From positions 12,306,715 through 12,370,714 of the forward strand of contig MU057036.1 of NCBI GenBank assembly GCA_013239625.1: DNA of 64,000 nucleotides, written 5' to 3'. Below the pieces are notes generated by a model. That model was given only the letters and a program-made list of their open reading frames with translations, was not told the DNA's origin and searched no databases. This DNA comes from Lama guanicoe (lineage: Eukaryota). Positions within the stretch are counted from its first letter, which is position 1; every line of letters starts with the position of its first letter. Below are positions 50,222 to 63,080 of the stretch, piece after piece. A program made the translations under genes and the position numbers.

Positions 50222-50620
50222 TGAAGGAGATTTAGCATGAAAACTGTGGGTGTGCCTGCACGCGGGACATCTCACAGAAGTGGCCGGACTTGTCTGCAAA
50301 CAGAATTTCCTGCCAAGTGACTCTGCCTGTTCCCAGGGGAAACATTGCTTGCAAACAGGGATGTTTACCAGTTCCTCAAAAGGAACAGGCCTGGGGGCGG
50401 GAGGGTCTGGATGTAGTTAAGGAAGCTTAGCACTCTTAAGATAAGGAATAAGTAAGAAGACTGTCTTAGATGTAGTGCGCATGCGTCAATTTAAAAAATG
50501 TTTACTCACTGTGCTTGACAAGGATTGCTCTTTTGTGTAGAGGATATAAAAATAAAGGAAACCGGATCTCGGGAGACATTTTGCACCACAGCAGCTCTGG
50601 GATTCATTTCATCGGCAACA
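50222..50620 (+). mobile_element. Betaretrovirus-like (ERV2/ERVK class) solo LTR, 399 bp
   Basis: TGaagg...cggcaaCA termini; perfect 6-bp TSD cccact at 50216-50221 and 50621-50626; TATAAA 50545-50550 directly followed by AATAAA 50551-50556. Confidence 0.8.
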
Positions 50621-51819
50621 CCCACTGAATTTATGCAAAGTAAATTTAACATGTAGCTACCAGTTCCCTGAAGTGAAGATTGGACTGGACCCTTTCATAA
50701 TCTTCATTAAGCAGATACCCACGTATCTTTATTGACAGGCGTTTCACAATTTTGCATAATTCAAAAATGCCGCCCAGCCTATCAGCTGATGCCTGGAGAA
50801 AGTGGAACTGAAAGATAACAGCGTGCAGGCTGAGGTCACAGATGCCACTTCAGTCGTCCCTGGTGGTCTTCTGGCACTGACCTTAGCAAGCCAGCTCATG
50901 AGATCAGGATGCAGAGGAAAATAATCATTGCACTACTACTGTCAGGTAAGTGGAATTTTTTTTAAGTGTGATGCTATTACATGGGATATAGGATTATAGG
51001 TCAAAAGAGCAACATTTTAGTCCTATCTTACTTAAATGAATGTATAAATGAGTAGTATCTCAGATCCCAGTTTGGTGGATGGATTTTTACTGGGACTCAG
51101 CTGGTAAGGTAGAGAAAATGACACAAGGGGGCCCAGTAACTGCGGCTGAATCACAATTTTCCAGTATGAGAAGCATGCTTCTGTTCCCTAGCTAGACTTA
51201 AAAGAATTTTATCAAATATTATGGGGAAACATCTCTGCTGTGAAGGAATGTGTTGCTCTGTTGGTGTTTCAATGAGTTTAACTTGTAAATTAAAGAGTCA
51301 TTAAGGAAGGTGATGGTGGATGTACAGTCCTCAGTTTTCAAGAAATTCCGCCCCCCCCAAATTATAATTTCCTCCTTCTGCCAAAAATGTACAAGCTGCA
51401 AGCATGAACTCTGAATCCACGGGGGGGTTGTTTCCCACTTTGTGGTCCACTTCGTGAGGTGTGATGCAGTAAAAAAGGAAGAAAGAAAGAAAGAGCTCTT
51501 ATTGGCTTAGGTGTTATGTGGTTTGGGGAGAAATCGAAATCAATTCATTAAAATAAAGAAATAACATAGGTGCATTAAGAAGTTGTATCAGATTAGCATT
51601 ATTCTTGACCTCTTCCTGAGAATGTCATGGTTAACGTCTTCTTAAATGCAGTGTTTATGTGTCAGAAATACTAGTGCCCAGCACGCAGATCAGGAGCAGG
51701 CCATTACTTGGAATGTCTCTAGCCCCGCAGACGTGGCTGTCACTCGAGTTAGAGCAAGTCTCAAGGATCTGCTGCTGGATGAGGGAGGGAGCCAGCATTT
51801 TCTAAGATACATGAGCAGG

Positions 51820-52090
51820 TAAAAAGAGTGTCATGGTTAAAGCACAGATGTGAAAGACAGGCAGAACTAGGGTCAAACCTGGCTTCACATCGGAGAGCCC
51901 GGGGAACAAGGAGGCAAACGACCTACCCTTTCTTTGCCTCAGTGTCCTTGTCTGTAAAATGCAGACCATGCTGGTACCTGCCTCCTAGGAATCACATAAA
52001 GACTAAAGAAAGTAATTACCGTGAAGTACTTACTCCAGCGCCCAGCACATAGTAAAGTGGTAAATGAGTATTTAGCTATGATAATAATTA
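51820..52090 (+). mobile_element. MIR, near full length
   Basis: gtgtcatggttaaagcacag...gcctcagtgtccttgtctgtaaaatg...gcccagcacatagtaa. Confidence 0.75.
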
Positions 52091-52819
52091 CAAACTAGGA
52101 AACAAACCTGGGTACGTGGTAGTGATTTCTCAGAAGTCAGGAAGAATGGAAAATTATGGGAAAATAACAATGTTGCTCTAATTTTTTTTTAAGTAGCAAA
52201 ATATGAAAACATTAAGTTGAAGAAAAGAAAACATGTGGAAGGAATGCAGCCTAGTAGTTAAATATAATCAAATATCTGTAGAGCTGTCACACAGAAAAGA
52301 CCAGAGGCATTCGCTGTTTTGTTCCAGAGGGCAAAGGGCAAATACTCTCTCATATTAGACACATTACCTATTGGTGGTGGGGGAAGCACGATATTTGGAA
52401 AGGACTCCTGGAAAAGAAAGAAATTCGTGAAACCAGTGCTCAAGCCGATAGTGGATTAAGGCCTTAAATGAGACTCCACCAGAAGGTCGCTGAACCCAAG
52501 TGACTTTGACGCCTGCCTTAGTCTCCAGTGCCAAGGCTGTCATCGTCCTTACATCTGAAATCCTCCGAGAAACCCTCTTAATGTGACTACTTTACAGAAT
52601 AACAGAAAGATGTTGGGAAACATTCCCCACCCCTTGCCCCTTACTCACTAGTTGAGGAGACGAACCTGCAAAGTATGAGGAAGGAAAAAAAAAAAGATTG
52701 TTTTGCTTGCTCCAGTAATCCTTAAGGATAAAGCCACTATTTCTAATTCTACATGTATCAGATGTCATCCTCCCAATGGGCAGTAAGGTTTTCGAAATGA
52801 TTTGATTCCTGCTTCCTGA

Positions 52820-54030
52820 ATTCATTCACTCACTGGTTCATTCAGTGACTACGTGTGGAGTGCCAAGCACAGAGGCCAGCGCAGTCAGACGTGCGGGCTC
52901 CCGCTCAGGACGCGGGTGCCATCAGGGCAGGTGGGGGCAGGCAGTGCTAGGGAACACAGACGTTAAACAGGACTTTTTTTAAACAAAGGTAATAAATGCT
53001 GTTTATGACTTCTTTAAATTTTCATAGTGATCCAACATAGTAATAACTTCTGAACTTCAAAAAACCAAATCCATTTACATTTGGTGTAGTATCGGTCACC
53101 AAAATGACGGGGGAAGGAAACCTGATGACTGTGAGAATGTGCAGAGGTTTTCATTAAGGCAATATTGACCGAGACGACCATTTGACTAGGTGACCATCTG
53201 TCACCTCAAATGCCTCACAACTCTGGAATGCTCCTTGTGACAAACGTGTCAGCGCACAGTGTTTCCTAAATTATTGATCATTAAAATGAGAACAGACAGT
53301 GAAAAATAACATGAAGAAAATTAAACCAGGGAAGGCGATGAACATAAGGCAGGAGGCTGATGGAGAGAAGGGCGGCAGGAAATTTTTCTCTGAGTTAGTG
53401 ACAACGATGATGAGAGTTGAACAGTGAGAGGAGGCCAACCCTGCGAAATCAGGGGGAAGGGTGCTGGAGGGAGAGGGGAGGGAGAGGACGGAAGTTCTGA
53501 GACAGGAGAAAATATAGGGCGTTCAAGGAAAAGCAAAAGCTTTAATTTGAAAATCGGATTCTGATGCTAGGAAGTTCTTGGAGAGAGTTCTGCCTAGATA
53601 GACCATGAATTACCCTGGGGTTCTCACTACACACACCTGCAGGCACACCAGGCTGAACAGCACATGCTTAGAATGACTGAGAAAGTGGGCATCTCCTTTT
53701 TCTTCAGCGATCCAAGAAGAGAAGCTTTCTCTCCATTTAGCTGTGCAGGAATGAGTTCTGAACTGGATTTCGGGGACCACGACACTCTAAATTTCTTAAA
53801 GTGAAACCCGTGTCTTCATGTATGCATCCCCTGCACTGCTGGGTACCTAGTCGGCACTCAATTAATAACAGTTGCAGAAATGACCAATGAGCAGAATTCT
53901 GCTGCAGACTAGTTTAACTGTGGGCAATTGACCCCCATGAGCCTCAGATTCCTCCTGCCTATTTAATAAAACACAGAATAAATAGATGGCATCGAAAATC
54001 CCTTTCATCTCTAAACTTCAGTGACACCTC
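52820..54030. mobile_element. L2 fragments (52820-52970 and 53310-53540 minus; 53800-53890 plus) and a MIR tail (53900-54030)
   Basis: ttcattcactcactggttcattcag...gtgccaagcac; gagcctcagattcctc. Confidence 0.55.
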
Positions 54031-54869
54031 AAGGTCAGCCTGAGATGATCTGTAGATTAGTTATCACACCTACAAAGCTCTAGCTTAGGGTGAAATTGGG
54101 TTTTTAGAGAGAAATGAACACTCCACTATGAACTCCTGGAGAAGAATTTCTAAGAGGGGAAAGAAGAGACTGTATCTTGAAATTGACTCACACTGATTTG
54201 AATTTGGGAAGTTGAATTTAACATTCTTGCTATGGATTTTTTTTCCTTTGCTTTCTAGAGGATTCTTGAAAACATCTATGATTCTATTGGAGATGCACAT
54301 TTTAAATAATTTCCCTAAATGTCTTTATAGGTTATATTTTTACTGCATCTCCTCAAAACAGCCCTAACACTGGAAGTCCAGGTAAGTTACCAACAAAAGC
54401 AGATGGATAATAGATTTCCAGCCATTATTATCATATCTATATATTTAATAAGTACTTATCTGTGTGGTTTTCTGTAATAAACGAACTAAATCAAAACTAA
54501 AGCAAAAATACAGAAGAGAAACATCCCAAGGTTATCTCTCAGTGTTGGGATTGGAGGTAATTTTTTTTCCTGCTTTTTAATACTTTCTAAATTTTCTGTG
54601 AAAATAATCATAAAATATAATTAGGAAAAGTTTAAAAAATCTTTAAGCATACACAATCTCTGCTTTCTAAGATGTCTCTATCATTAAGCAATGCTGACAA
54701 ACATTAACAGAGGAAAACCTAGATTCCAGCATATTTATTGCATTGTGCTTATTACAACTCAAATAACTTGGTTGTGATATATACTGAAACTGATTTCAGG
54801 GACCTGATAGAGAAAAGAGAATTGATAGTAAATATGTGAGATAACCCACACTTGATATTTTCCCATTTT

Positions 54870-57090
54870 CTGTTTTTTTAATTGAAATATAGTTGATTTA
54901 AAATATTATGTTACTTTCAAGTGTACAACATAGTGATTCAATATTTTTACAGATTTTACTCCATTTATAGTTATTATAAAATATTGGCTATATTCCCTGT
55001 CCTGTACAATATGTCCTTGTAGCTTATTTATTTCATACAGAGTAGTTCATACTTCTTAATCCCCTACCTCTATTTTGCCCCTCCCCACTTCCCTCTCCCT
55101 ACTAGTAACCACTAGTTTGCTCTCTGTATCTGTGAGTCTATTTCTGTTTTGTTTTATTCATTCATTTTATTTTTCAGATTCCACATATGAGGGATAATAT
55201 ACAGTATCTGTCTGTCCCTGTTTGACTTATTTCACTAAGCATACCCTTTAGGTCCNNNNNNNNNNNNNNNNNNNNNNNNNNNNNNNNNNNNNNNNNNNNN
55301 NNNNNNNNNNNNNNNNNNNNNNNNNNNNNNNNNNNNNNNNNNNNNNNNNNNNNNNNNNNNNNNNNNNNNNNNNNNNNNNNNNNNNNNNNNNNNNNNNNNN
55401 NNNNNNNNNNNNNNNNNNNNNNNNNNNNNNNNNNNNNNNNNNNNNNNNNNNNNNNNNNNNNNNNNNNNNNNNNNNNNNNNNNNNNNNNNNNNNNNNNNNN
55501 NNNNNNNNNNNNNNNNNNNNNNNNNNNNNNNNNNNNNNNNNNNNNNNNNNNNNNNNNNNNNNNNNNNNNNNNNNNNNNNNNNNNNNNNNNNNNNNNNNNN
55601 NNNNNNNNNNNNNNNNNCTCCATAGCCTTACCAATATTTGTTATTTGGGGACTGTTTTTTTAGGAATTTTATTTTATTTTTTTAATTGAAGTATAGTCCG
55701 TTTACAATGTATCAATTTGTGGTGTGCAGCATAATGTTTCAGTCATACATATACATACATATATTTCTTTTCATATTCTTTTTCATTATATGTTACTATA
55801 AGATATTGAATATAGTTCTCTGTGCTATACAGAAGAAACTTGTTGTTTATCTACTTTATAAATAGCAGTTAATATCTGCAAATCTCAAACTCTCAATTTA
55901 TCCCTTCCTACCCCCTTTCCCCCCTGGTAACCATAAGTTTGTTTACTATGTCTGTGAGCCTGTTTCTGTTTTATAGATAAGTTCATTAGTGTCTTCTTTT
56001 TGCTTTTTTGATTCCACATATGAGTGATATCATATGGTATTTTTCTTTCTTTTTCTGGCTTACTTCACTTAGAATGATGATCTCCAGGTCCATCCACGTT
56101 GCTGCAAATGGCATTATTTTATTGTTTTTTATGGCTGAGCAGTATTCCATTATTTAAATATACCACAGCTTCTATATCCAGTCAACTGTTGATGGACATT
56201 TCAGTTGTTTCCATGTCTTGGCTATTGTATATAGTGCTGCTATGAACATTGGGGTGCATGTATCTTTCAAATTAGAGTTCCCTCCAGATATATGCCCAGG
56301 AGTGGGATTGCTGGCTTGTCATACAGTANNNNNNNNNNNNNNNNNNNNNNNNNNNNNNNNNNNNNNNNNNNNNNNNNNNNNNNNNNNNNNNNNNNNNNNN
56401 NNNNNNNNNNNNNNNNNNNNNNNNNNNNNNNNNNNNNNNNNNNNNNNNNNNNNNNNNNNNNNNNNNNNNNNNNNNNNNNNNNNNNGAAAAAGGCCCATTT
56501 TCCATCTTTTAGAATACTTATTTCTGTTATGATACAGTAACTAACCCTCAAGTCCCTGGCTGCCACACTCCAGTAGCTAAGGGTATCAGAAAAGCGGCAC
56601 CATCTAGGATGCTTTATTCACTGAGAGACTCCTATGACATCATGGGAGTCAGGCAGTGTTCGTCCTATATCTGTCTCAGAAAAGTAAATGACTTCAAAAA
56701 CACTGCAAGCCCCAAACCATAAAACATTCTTCTGTCAGTCACCAAGCACCATACCAACTCTCAGTGCAAAAGTGCAGGAGAAGAGTTCTGACCTCATCTT
56801 GTCTAGAGCCTTGTCTCCCTTGATATTTTAGATCAGAGAGTTCTTTCATCATTTAAGGGTCTTGGCACCCGTGCCGAAAATCAGTTACCACAGATACAGG
56901 TTCATTTCTAGACTCTCAATTCTATTCCTTGATTCTTAGAGCAATACCACACTGTTTTGATTACCATTGCTTTGTAGTAAGTTTTGGAATTGTAAGGTGT
57001 AGATCATCCATCTTTGCACTTTTTTAAGGTTATTTTGGCTATTCGGGGTCCCTAGCAATTCCATATAAATTTTAAGGTCAATTTTTCTCT
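54870..57090 (-). mobile_element. Antisense L1 cluster: 3' end 54870-55650, nested younger L1 ~55660-56315, ORF2 fragment 56840-57090
   Basis: tttttaattgaaatatagttgattt...cagattccacatatgag; aattgaagtatagtc...atatgcccaggagtgggattgctgg; caataccacactgttttgattacc. Confidence 0.85.
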
Positions 57091-57124
57091 TCGTGTAAAC
57101 ATTTATATAAATAAATAAATATAT

Positions 57125-57310
57125 ATATAATTCATTTAACGCAGTCAATAACTCTGTAAGATAGACAATTATTATTCCCATTTTATGAATTATGAAACAA
57201 AGGTACAGAGGGATTAAGTAAACTGCCCAAGGTCTCAGCTCGCAGTTATGAAATTATTTTGAAGCCAGGCCGTCTGGCTCTGGAGTCCGTGCATTTCATC
57301 AACACGTTGT
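57125..57310 (-). mobile_element. MIR
   Basis: attattcccattttatgaattatgaaacaaaggtacagagggattaagtaaactgcccaaggtc. Confidence 0.75.
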
Positions 57311-57889
57311 AATGCCTTATTTGTCCTACACGTTGATGTTCGCAGCTTGGCGCATCCTCTCTCTGCCAACATTGTCACTCAGCGTTCTGCTTGTGCTTTC
57401 ACTAAAGTGCAGTCTGTAGTGAAGGCTGGTGGTCTGTCTTCTTTTGGTGCCGCTAATGAACACTAAATTTATGACTATTATGTTAACTTTTTTGCTGTTT
57501 TTTCTCTGGGCTAAATAACCTTTTCATCTAGGGCTCTCCCTTTGATATAGCCACTCATTTCTCAGTCACGGTTGTGTTTAAAAATCAAAATGAAAGAAAA
57601 GAAACCCAAAGCACAAAACATGAACGCAGTGCCTCTATAGAAGGCAGGCGAGAAGACGGATTGTGGCAGCGACATTGGGTCTTGCCAGGAAAAACACTGC
57701 ACAAATTTGCCTCTCAGTGTCCTCCCTGTTCCATCAGGTACAGATCTCAAAACATCTTGTCAAGCAATTCAGCAACATCACTTCAAAATGAGTGTATAGA
57801 AATGCTGGAACACATGATAAAGTTTATCCTCACTAATTTATTACCAAAAGAACTATACATCAATCACTTGTGATTGCAAAGCAGATACT

Positions 57890-58530
57890 TTTCAGATTCT
57901 AATTATTTTTTTTTTGCTTCCTTGATTTATCACAATTGGAGAAAACCATTTAAAACTTCTCACTGCTATTGTAATTCTGTCAATTTCTTCTTTTGCTTTA
58001 TATTTCATTTTGCTCTATTATTGTGATATAATGGCTTGGTCAGTCCATAGTTAAATTTAAGAATTATTATGTCATGTATCCTTTAACAATATAAATTGAA
58101 TTAATTGTCTGTCTTTTTATTGTCTTTGCCTTTAATTCTACTTTGTCTAATATTAAAATTGTGATTTCTGGTTTTATTTATTTTTATTTTTCAAGTATAC
58201 CTTTGCACTCTTTTTTTAACATGTCACATTCTTTTGTTTTATTTGTACTCCTTGTGATCTAGTGCATTTTTGTTGGATTTTTTTTTCCTGTTTTGATTCA
58301 ATCTAAATGTCCTTATCCTTTAATACAGAAATTTAATTCATAGGCATTTATGGATTCACAACTGACATTTAGTTTATTTTCTGTTATTTTCATTCCATAC
58401 TTTATTAAATTTCTTATTTCTGATCTTTTAATGTACATGCTATAGTTTATTTGCCCATATCCTCTTATATGTTTGGAAGGTATATATCATACTTGTAATT
58501 ATCCCATTAGCTAACTTTATGCTTTTGAAA
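57890..58530 (-). mobile_element. Very old L1 fragment (T-rich antisense)
   Basis: ttaaaacttctcactgctattgtaattctgtcaatttctt; tttgcctttaattctactttgtctaatattaa. Confidence 0.6.
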
Positions 58531-58539
58531 GCATTTGTT

Positions 58540-59415
58540 CTTAGAACTCCCAAACCATTTTAATGGCATTGCACACATAGAAATTCGAACTGCTTTTATA
58601 GACCCTGTATAAGCTGGAAAAGGCTATTGGAGTATGAAGCTAACTGGCCAACAGCTCGTGGGTGCCTTGAATGAATTTCAGTTGTGTCATGGGGGGGGGG
58701 CTACTGATTCCCACACCCCTCTCGAGGCCAGGTACTCAGGTAGGGTACAGCCATGGCTGTCAAGCAGCAGGACATTCAAGGATGGTTAAGGCATAGTGAG
58801 TGTACATTGCAATTCATTGCACACAGACACAAACACACAAACAGACATATGTATGAGACAAAATTCCACAAAATAATAACTGTCCTTACTGTGTGTGATG
58901 CACTTTGATGTAGTCTCTTCTATTGTATACAATTTGATTTTTTAACACCAGTGACAACTGTGTGACTGATTTCATAGCCCATTAATGCAGGAACTCACTA
59001 TCTTGACTACATGCTGGAATCATCTGAAGGACTCTAAAAAGTACTGATGACTGAGTTCCACATCCAGAGATTCCAAATATACCCAATCAGGGGCCAAATC
59101 CAACCCACCACCTGGCTCTGTATAGCCTGAAAATTAAGAATGCTTTTTACAATTCTAAGTGCGTAAAAAAATCAAAAGAGTAATAATGGTTTGTGACATG
59201 TGGATAGTCTATGAAATTAAAATTTGAGTGTCCATAAATAACTATTGGAATACAGCTGTACTCATTCACTAGTACGTTGGCTGGCGTATTGTCTATGGCT
59301 GCTGTGGCACTGTGACAATGGAATTAGAGAGCTGTAACAGAGACTGTCCTGCAAAGCCTAAATTTTTATTCATTCTCCCTTTCCAGAAAAAAAAAAGTTG
59401 ACCAACTCTTGCATT
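58540..59415. mobile_element. hAT-Charlie DNA transposon fossils, including MER5-like (~59010-59075) and MER58B-like (59085-59412)
   Basis: agggccaaatccaacccaccacctg...attgtctatggctgct...gcaaagcctaaa...cagaaaaaaaaaagttgaccaactcttg. Confidence 0.7.
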
Positions 59416-60384
59416 AAGGGATCTCAAACCCAGATTTCCACCAGAGCCACTCCACTTTGCTTCATACACTGAGGAGCTCACCCTTGGAAAATGCATGGAG
59501 GGAAAACAAATGTGGGGGAGATGGGGCTTTCTAAGACAAAACCCCAAGAAATAGCATCATTTCGTATGGAAAATTGTGACTGTTATTATTTCTCAAGCAA
59601 ATCAGGCTAATACCCATTTGTTTCACGAATAAGTTTCAACTCAAGATAAGGGTGATATAAGAACCTTTGAAAATGAAAAAAAAAAGATCTTAAAAGCCAC
59701 GAAAATGAAGTTTCTACATGTTTATCTAGTCTGGAGCAATGGTTCTTGTTGCTGGCAGCACATTAGACACCAGTGCCTGGGAACTGCAGATGGTTCGAAT
59801 GGGCAGTCAAGAGTGAGGACCCTGATTTAGCTCCTGTTGTTCCTATTTGTCATGGTCCAGCCAGTGATGGAAGTATCAGTGGTGTGAGAACTTTGGGATA
59901 AAGCTTTCATTTTTAATTAGAATTTTTCTCATCCACTCTAACTTCCTTAACTCCAAATCTAATGTGTACAGGAAGTTTAGCTGCAGAAATGCCAATATCT
60001 TAAAATAAAGCCGGCACACCTAAAGTATGTGAAATCCCCTTTAGTTCTGAGGATTTATGGTAAGCAAGAGTAACTGGATTGGAAGATGCTTGGCTGGAAA
60101 AAGTGAGATTTCAGTTCACAAACTGTTACTAACCGGAAACATCTGTTCTTCCATAACCTAGATCTGACACTACAGGTCACTTTACCACTGTATGTTAGAG
60201 AAATAACCCTCCCACCATCAGGTTATGTACAAGATGGATTATTATTTTTGCATCTCTGCAGTTGGCCAAAATTCCTGTTAGTGAAGGCTTGCTTGAGAGT
60301 TAGTTTCATAATTTGGTGAGAATTTAATCTTCTCTTAGTGAAACTTACTTGATGCTCTCAGTCTTTTTATTCTGCATAGATTGT

Positions 60385-60770
60385 GGTAGGACTTGACAGT
60401 TCTGCAGTCAGAGAGATGGGAATTCAGAATCAGCTCTGCCATTTATCAGCTGCGTGATCTTAGGCAAGTGAGGCAATGTTTCTCATCTTTGTTTTTCACA
60501 TGATAATTAATATTTAATAATATTCCCTTGGGTAACTGTTTTGAAGGTGTCAAGAGAGAATGCCTAGAGTTAGTAGATACACATGTTAACTAGGAATATT
60601 ATTACCTTCAACATAGAAATGGCTATGATTTGGGGAGAGTAAGTACCTTAGAGGACATCTGTTCCATTACTCTCATATTAGAAGCAAGAAACTTCTAATG
60701 ACTTACTCAGATTCCTAACCAGTTAGCGGCAAAACCAGGACTAGAACTCTGATCACCTTTCTCATTGGAA
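60385..60770. mobile_element. Two MIRs (60385-60600 plus; 60640-60770 minus)
   Basis: cagctctgccatttatcagctgcgtgatcttaggcaagt; atgacttactcagattc...caggactagaactc. Confidence 0.65.
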
Positions 60771-61664
60771 CAATAAACAACAATATCCCTTGCTTTCCAT
60801 CTGTCCAGGCTGAAGAATGCACAGTGGCTGGGGTTATGGGCTGGTTCTTCTCTCTCTTACTGCTGGCTCAGTGATGGTTTGGATGAGGATGACTGGAAGC
60901 TGGGCAGTACAGAGCCAGGCTATAAAGTTCAGGGTTCCATGTCCTTCTAGGCCAAAGCAGCTCCAAAGCAGACTCATCAAGGAGCAGTTCTCTACCAAGT
61001 TAAGGAAGGCAGAGGTGTGACCAACTGGCTGCTGGGAACTGCCGAAGCATGCAACTTGTGAGCAGAAACGGGTCATCACATTTGACATCTGGCCCACGAA
61101 CCGCACCAGCTAATATGCTGTGTCCTTCTTTAAGAGCTATTGATGGGACTTCACACAAAGTGTTGAGGGCTATTCAAAACACTGAATTCAAATGTTATCC
61201 CATCAACTGCTTTATCCTTAGAAAGTTCAACTTTTCTAAATTCCAACTGGCTACTCTGGCTTACTAAAACCTTCCCAAAAAGGAAAAGTGAATGACAACA
61301 GATGGGATGGACATCTAACTATACTATTATAAATTGACCCAGATGGAATCTGTGAGTCCTTTGGTTCAAGGGCAAAACTGAGTATTTCTTTTAATGTATT
61401 GCTTTTTAACAGTAACTTTCTCTAAACATCTTTTGGAATAGGCAAGAGCCCTGTTTATACAGTCATTCTGTAGAAAACAATACAGGCTGACAGAAAAGAA
61501 ATTGAGTTGGAAGTCAGCATATGTGAGGTTTTTCCCAGTTTTCCCACAAATTAGCAGTGCAGAACTTCCACACATGCATTTATTGATCAGTTTTCACTGG
61601 TCATCACAACGCCAAAAAACTATTGCACTTATCTGTGAAATTCCTTCTATTTTAAAGAATGGTC

Positions 61665-62516
61665 TTGCCAGATAGAAACTAAAAGAGTTCAGCAATAGTA
61701 AACCTATGCTGAAAGAAATATTGAAAGATCTGTTCTAAATAGACAAGAAGCAGAGAGCTATACAAATGAGAAAACCATACGTGGAAATGGGATAACTATA
61801 ATGAGTTACAAGAGAATAAACATGAAGATGTTAAAAAAAAAGGACATCAAAATTATAAAAGGTGAGACAGGGGAGCAAGAAAATACAGATTTTTTTCCTC
61901 TCTCTTCTTTTTTTTTCTTTTTTCTTTTTTCTTTCTTTTCTTTTTTTTTTTTTCTCATTCTTTTTAGGATGTGTTTGAGCCTACATGACTACCAGTCTAA
62001 AGCAAACAGATATAGTAAGGGGTTAACATACCTGAAAAACAAGGTAACCACAAATCAAAAACACACAGTAGAGTCACACACACAAAAAAGAAACCAAGCT
62101 AATACAAAAGAAAACTATCAAACCAGAAAAATACCATATGATATCACTTATATGTGGAATCTAAAAAAAAAAAAAGACAAACGAATTTATTTACAAAACA
62201 GAAACAGACTCACAGACAAAGAAAACAAACTTATGGTTACCGGGGGTGGGGAAGGGAGTGGGAAGGGATAAATTGGGAGTTTAAGATTTGCAGATACTAA
62301 TTAACATATATAAAATAGGTAAACAACAAGCTCATACTGTATAGCACAGGGAATGATATTCAGTATCTTGTAGTAACCTACGGTGAAAAAGAATATGAAA
62401 GTGAATATATGTATGTTCATGTATGACTGAAGAATTGTGCTGTACACCAGAAATTGACACAGCATTGTAAACTGACTCTAGCTCAATAAAAATATATATT
62501 TAAGAGTTAAAAAAAA
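61665..62516 (+). mobile_element. L1 with ORF1 C-terminus and inter-ORF region joined directly to the ORF2 end/3'UTR
   Basis: 61676-61738 encodes KLKEFSNSKPMLKEILKDLF* (L1 ORF1p C-terminus); junction at ~62125-62130 into ataccatatgatatcacttatatgtggaatctaa; complete 3'UTR. Confidence 0.8.
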
Positions 62517-62809
62517 CAATTTACACTTAGAAAATTTAGTTTTCTGACCTGGAAACTATGAAGGCTTTTCCTATGCAGAGTGTACCCTCGTAAGAGTTTG
62601 CTTTTGTAAGATAAGACTTCTGTCAACTGCAAGTCAGGAGGGAACCGAACTGAAACTCACAGCTGCGTGAGCTGACCTTATCACAGCGTGACAGGAGCTC
62701 GGCTAATGGGAATTTGGGCAATTTCCAAAAACTGCAGGGTATTTGTCCAACACTGCATCTTGCATTCATCCTAATGACACTCCCCGTAAGAAATGCCAGC
62801 TGTTTGGGA

Positions 62810-63080
62810 GAGCCATGTGGTTTAGTGGCTAGAGCACAGAGGAGAGTGCTAGGAGACTGGACCTCTACTCCCTATTGTGTCCCTATCATGTCCTCACCCA
62901 CAAGTCACCCCGCCTCCTCCGAACACCGGGAACAGCGGCAGGGGCCCTGTCGTGCTCCCTCTTACAACGCCCAGGCATCTCAGGCTGGTAGCGTTTCCGT
63001 GAGCACCTGTGAGGTCAGAGCAGTGAGGATGAGAGACCAAAGAGGTGAATGTTCTGAAACAATTCATGTTACACAAGTAT
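62810..63080 (+). mobile_element. Degenerate MIR
   Basis: gccatgtggtttagtggctagagcacag...gtgaggatgagagaccaaagaggtgaatg. Confidence 0.4.

Noticed and set aside
55174-55634. Long ORFs made mostly of X (also at 6.6, 21.5, 23.7, 25.2, 39.4 and 56.3 kb)
   Set aside because: Artefacts of reading through N gaps
61801-62271. 156-aa ORF with a poly-Phe stretch
   Set aside because: L1 inter-ORF/3'UTR sequence plus a T-rich low-complexity tract
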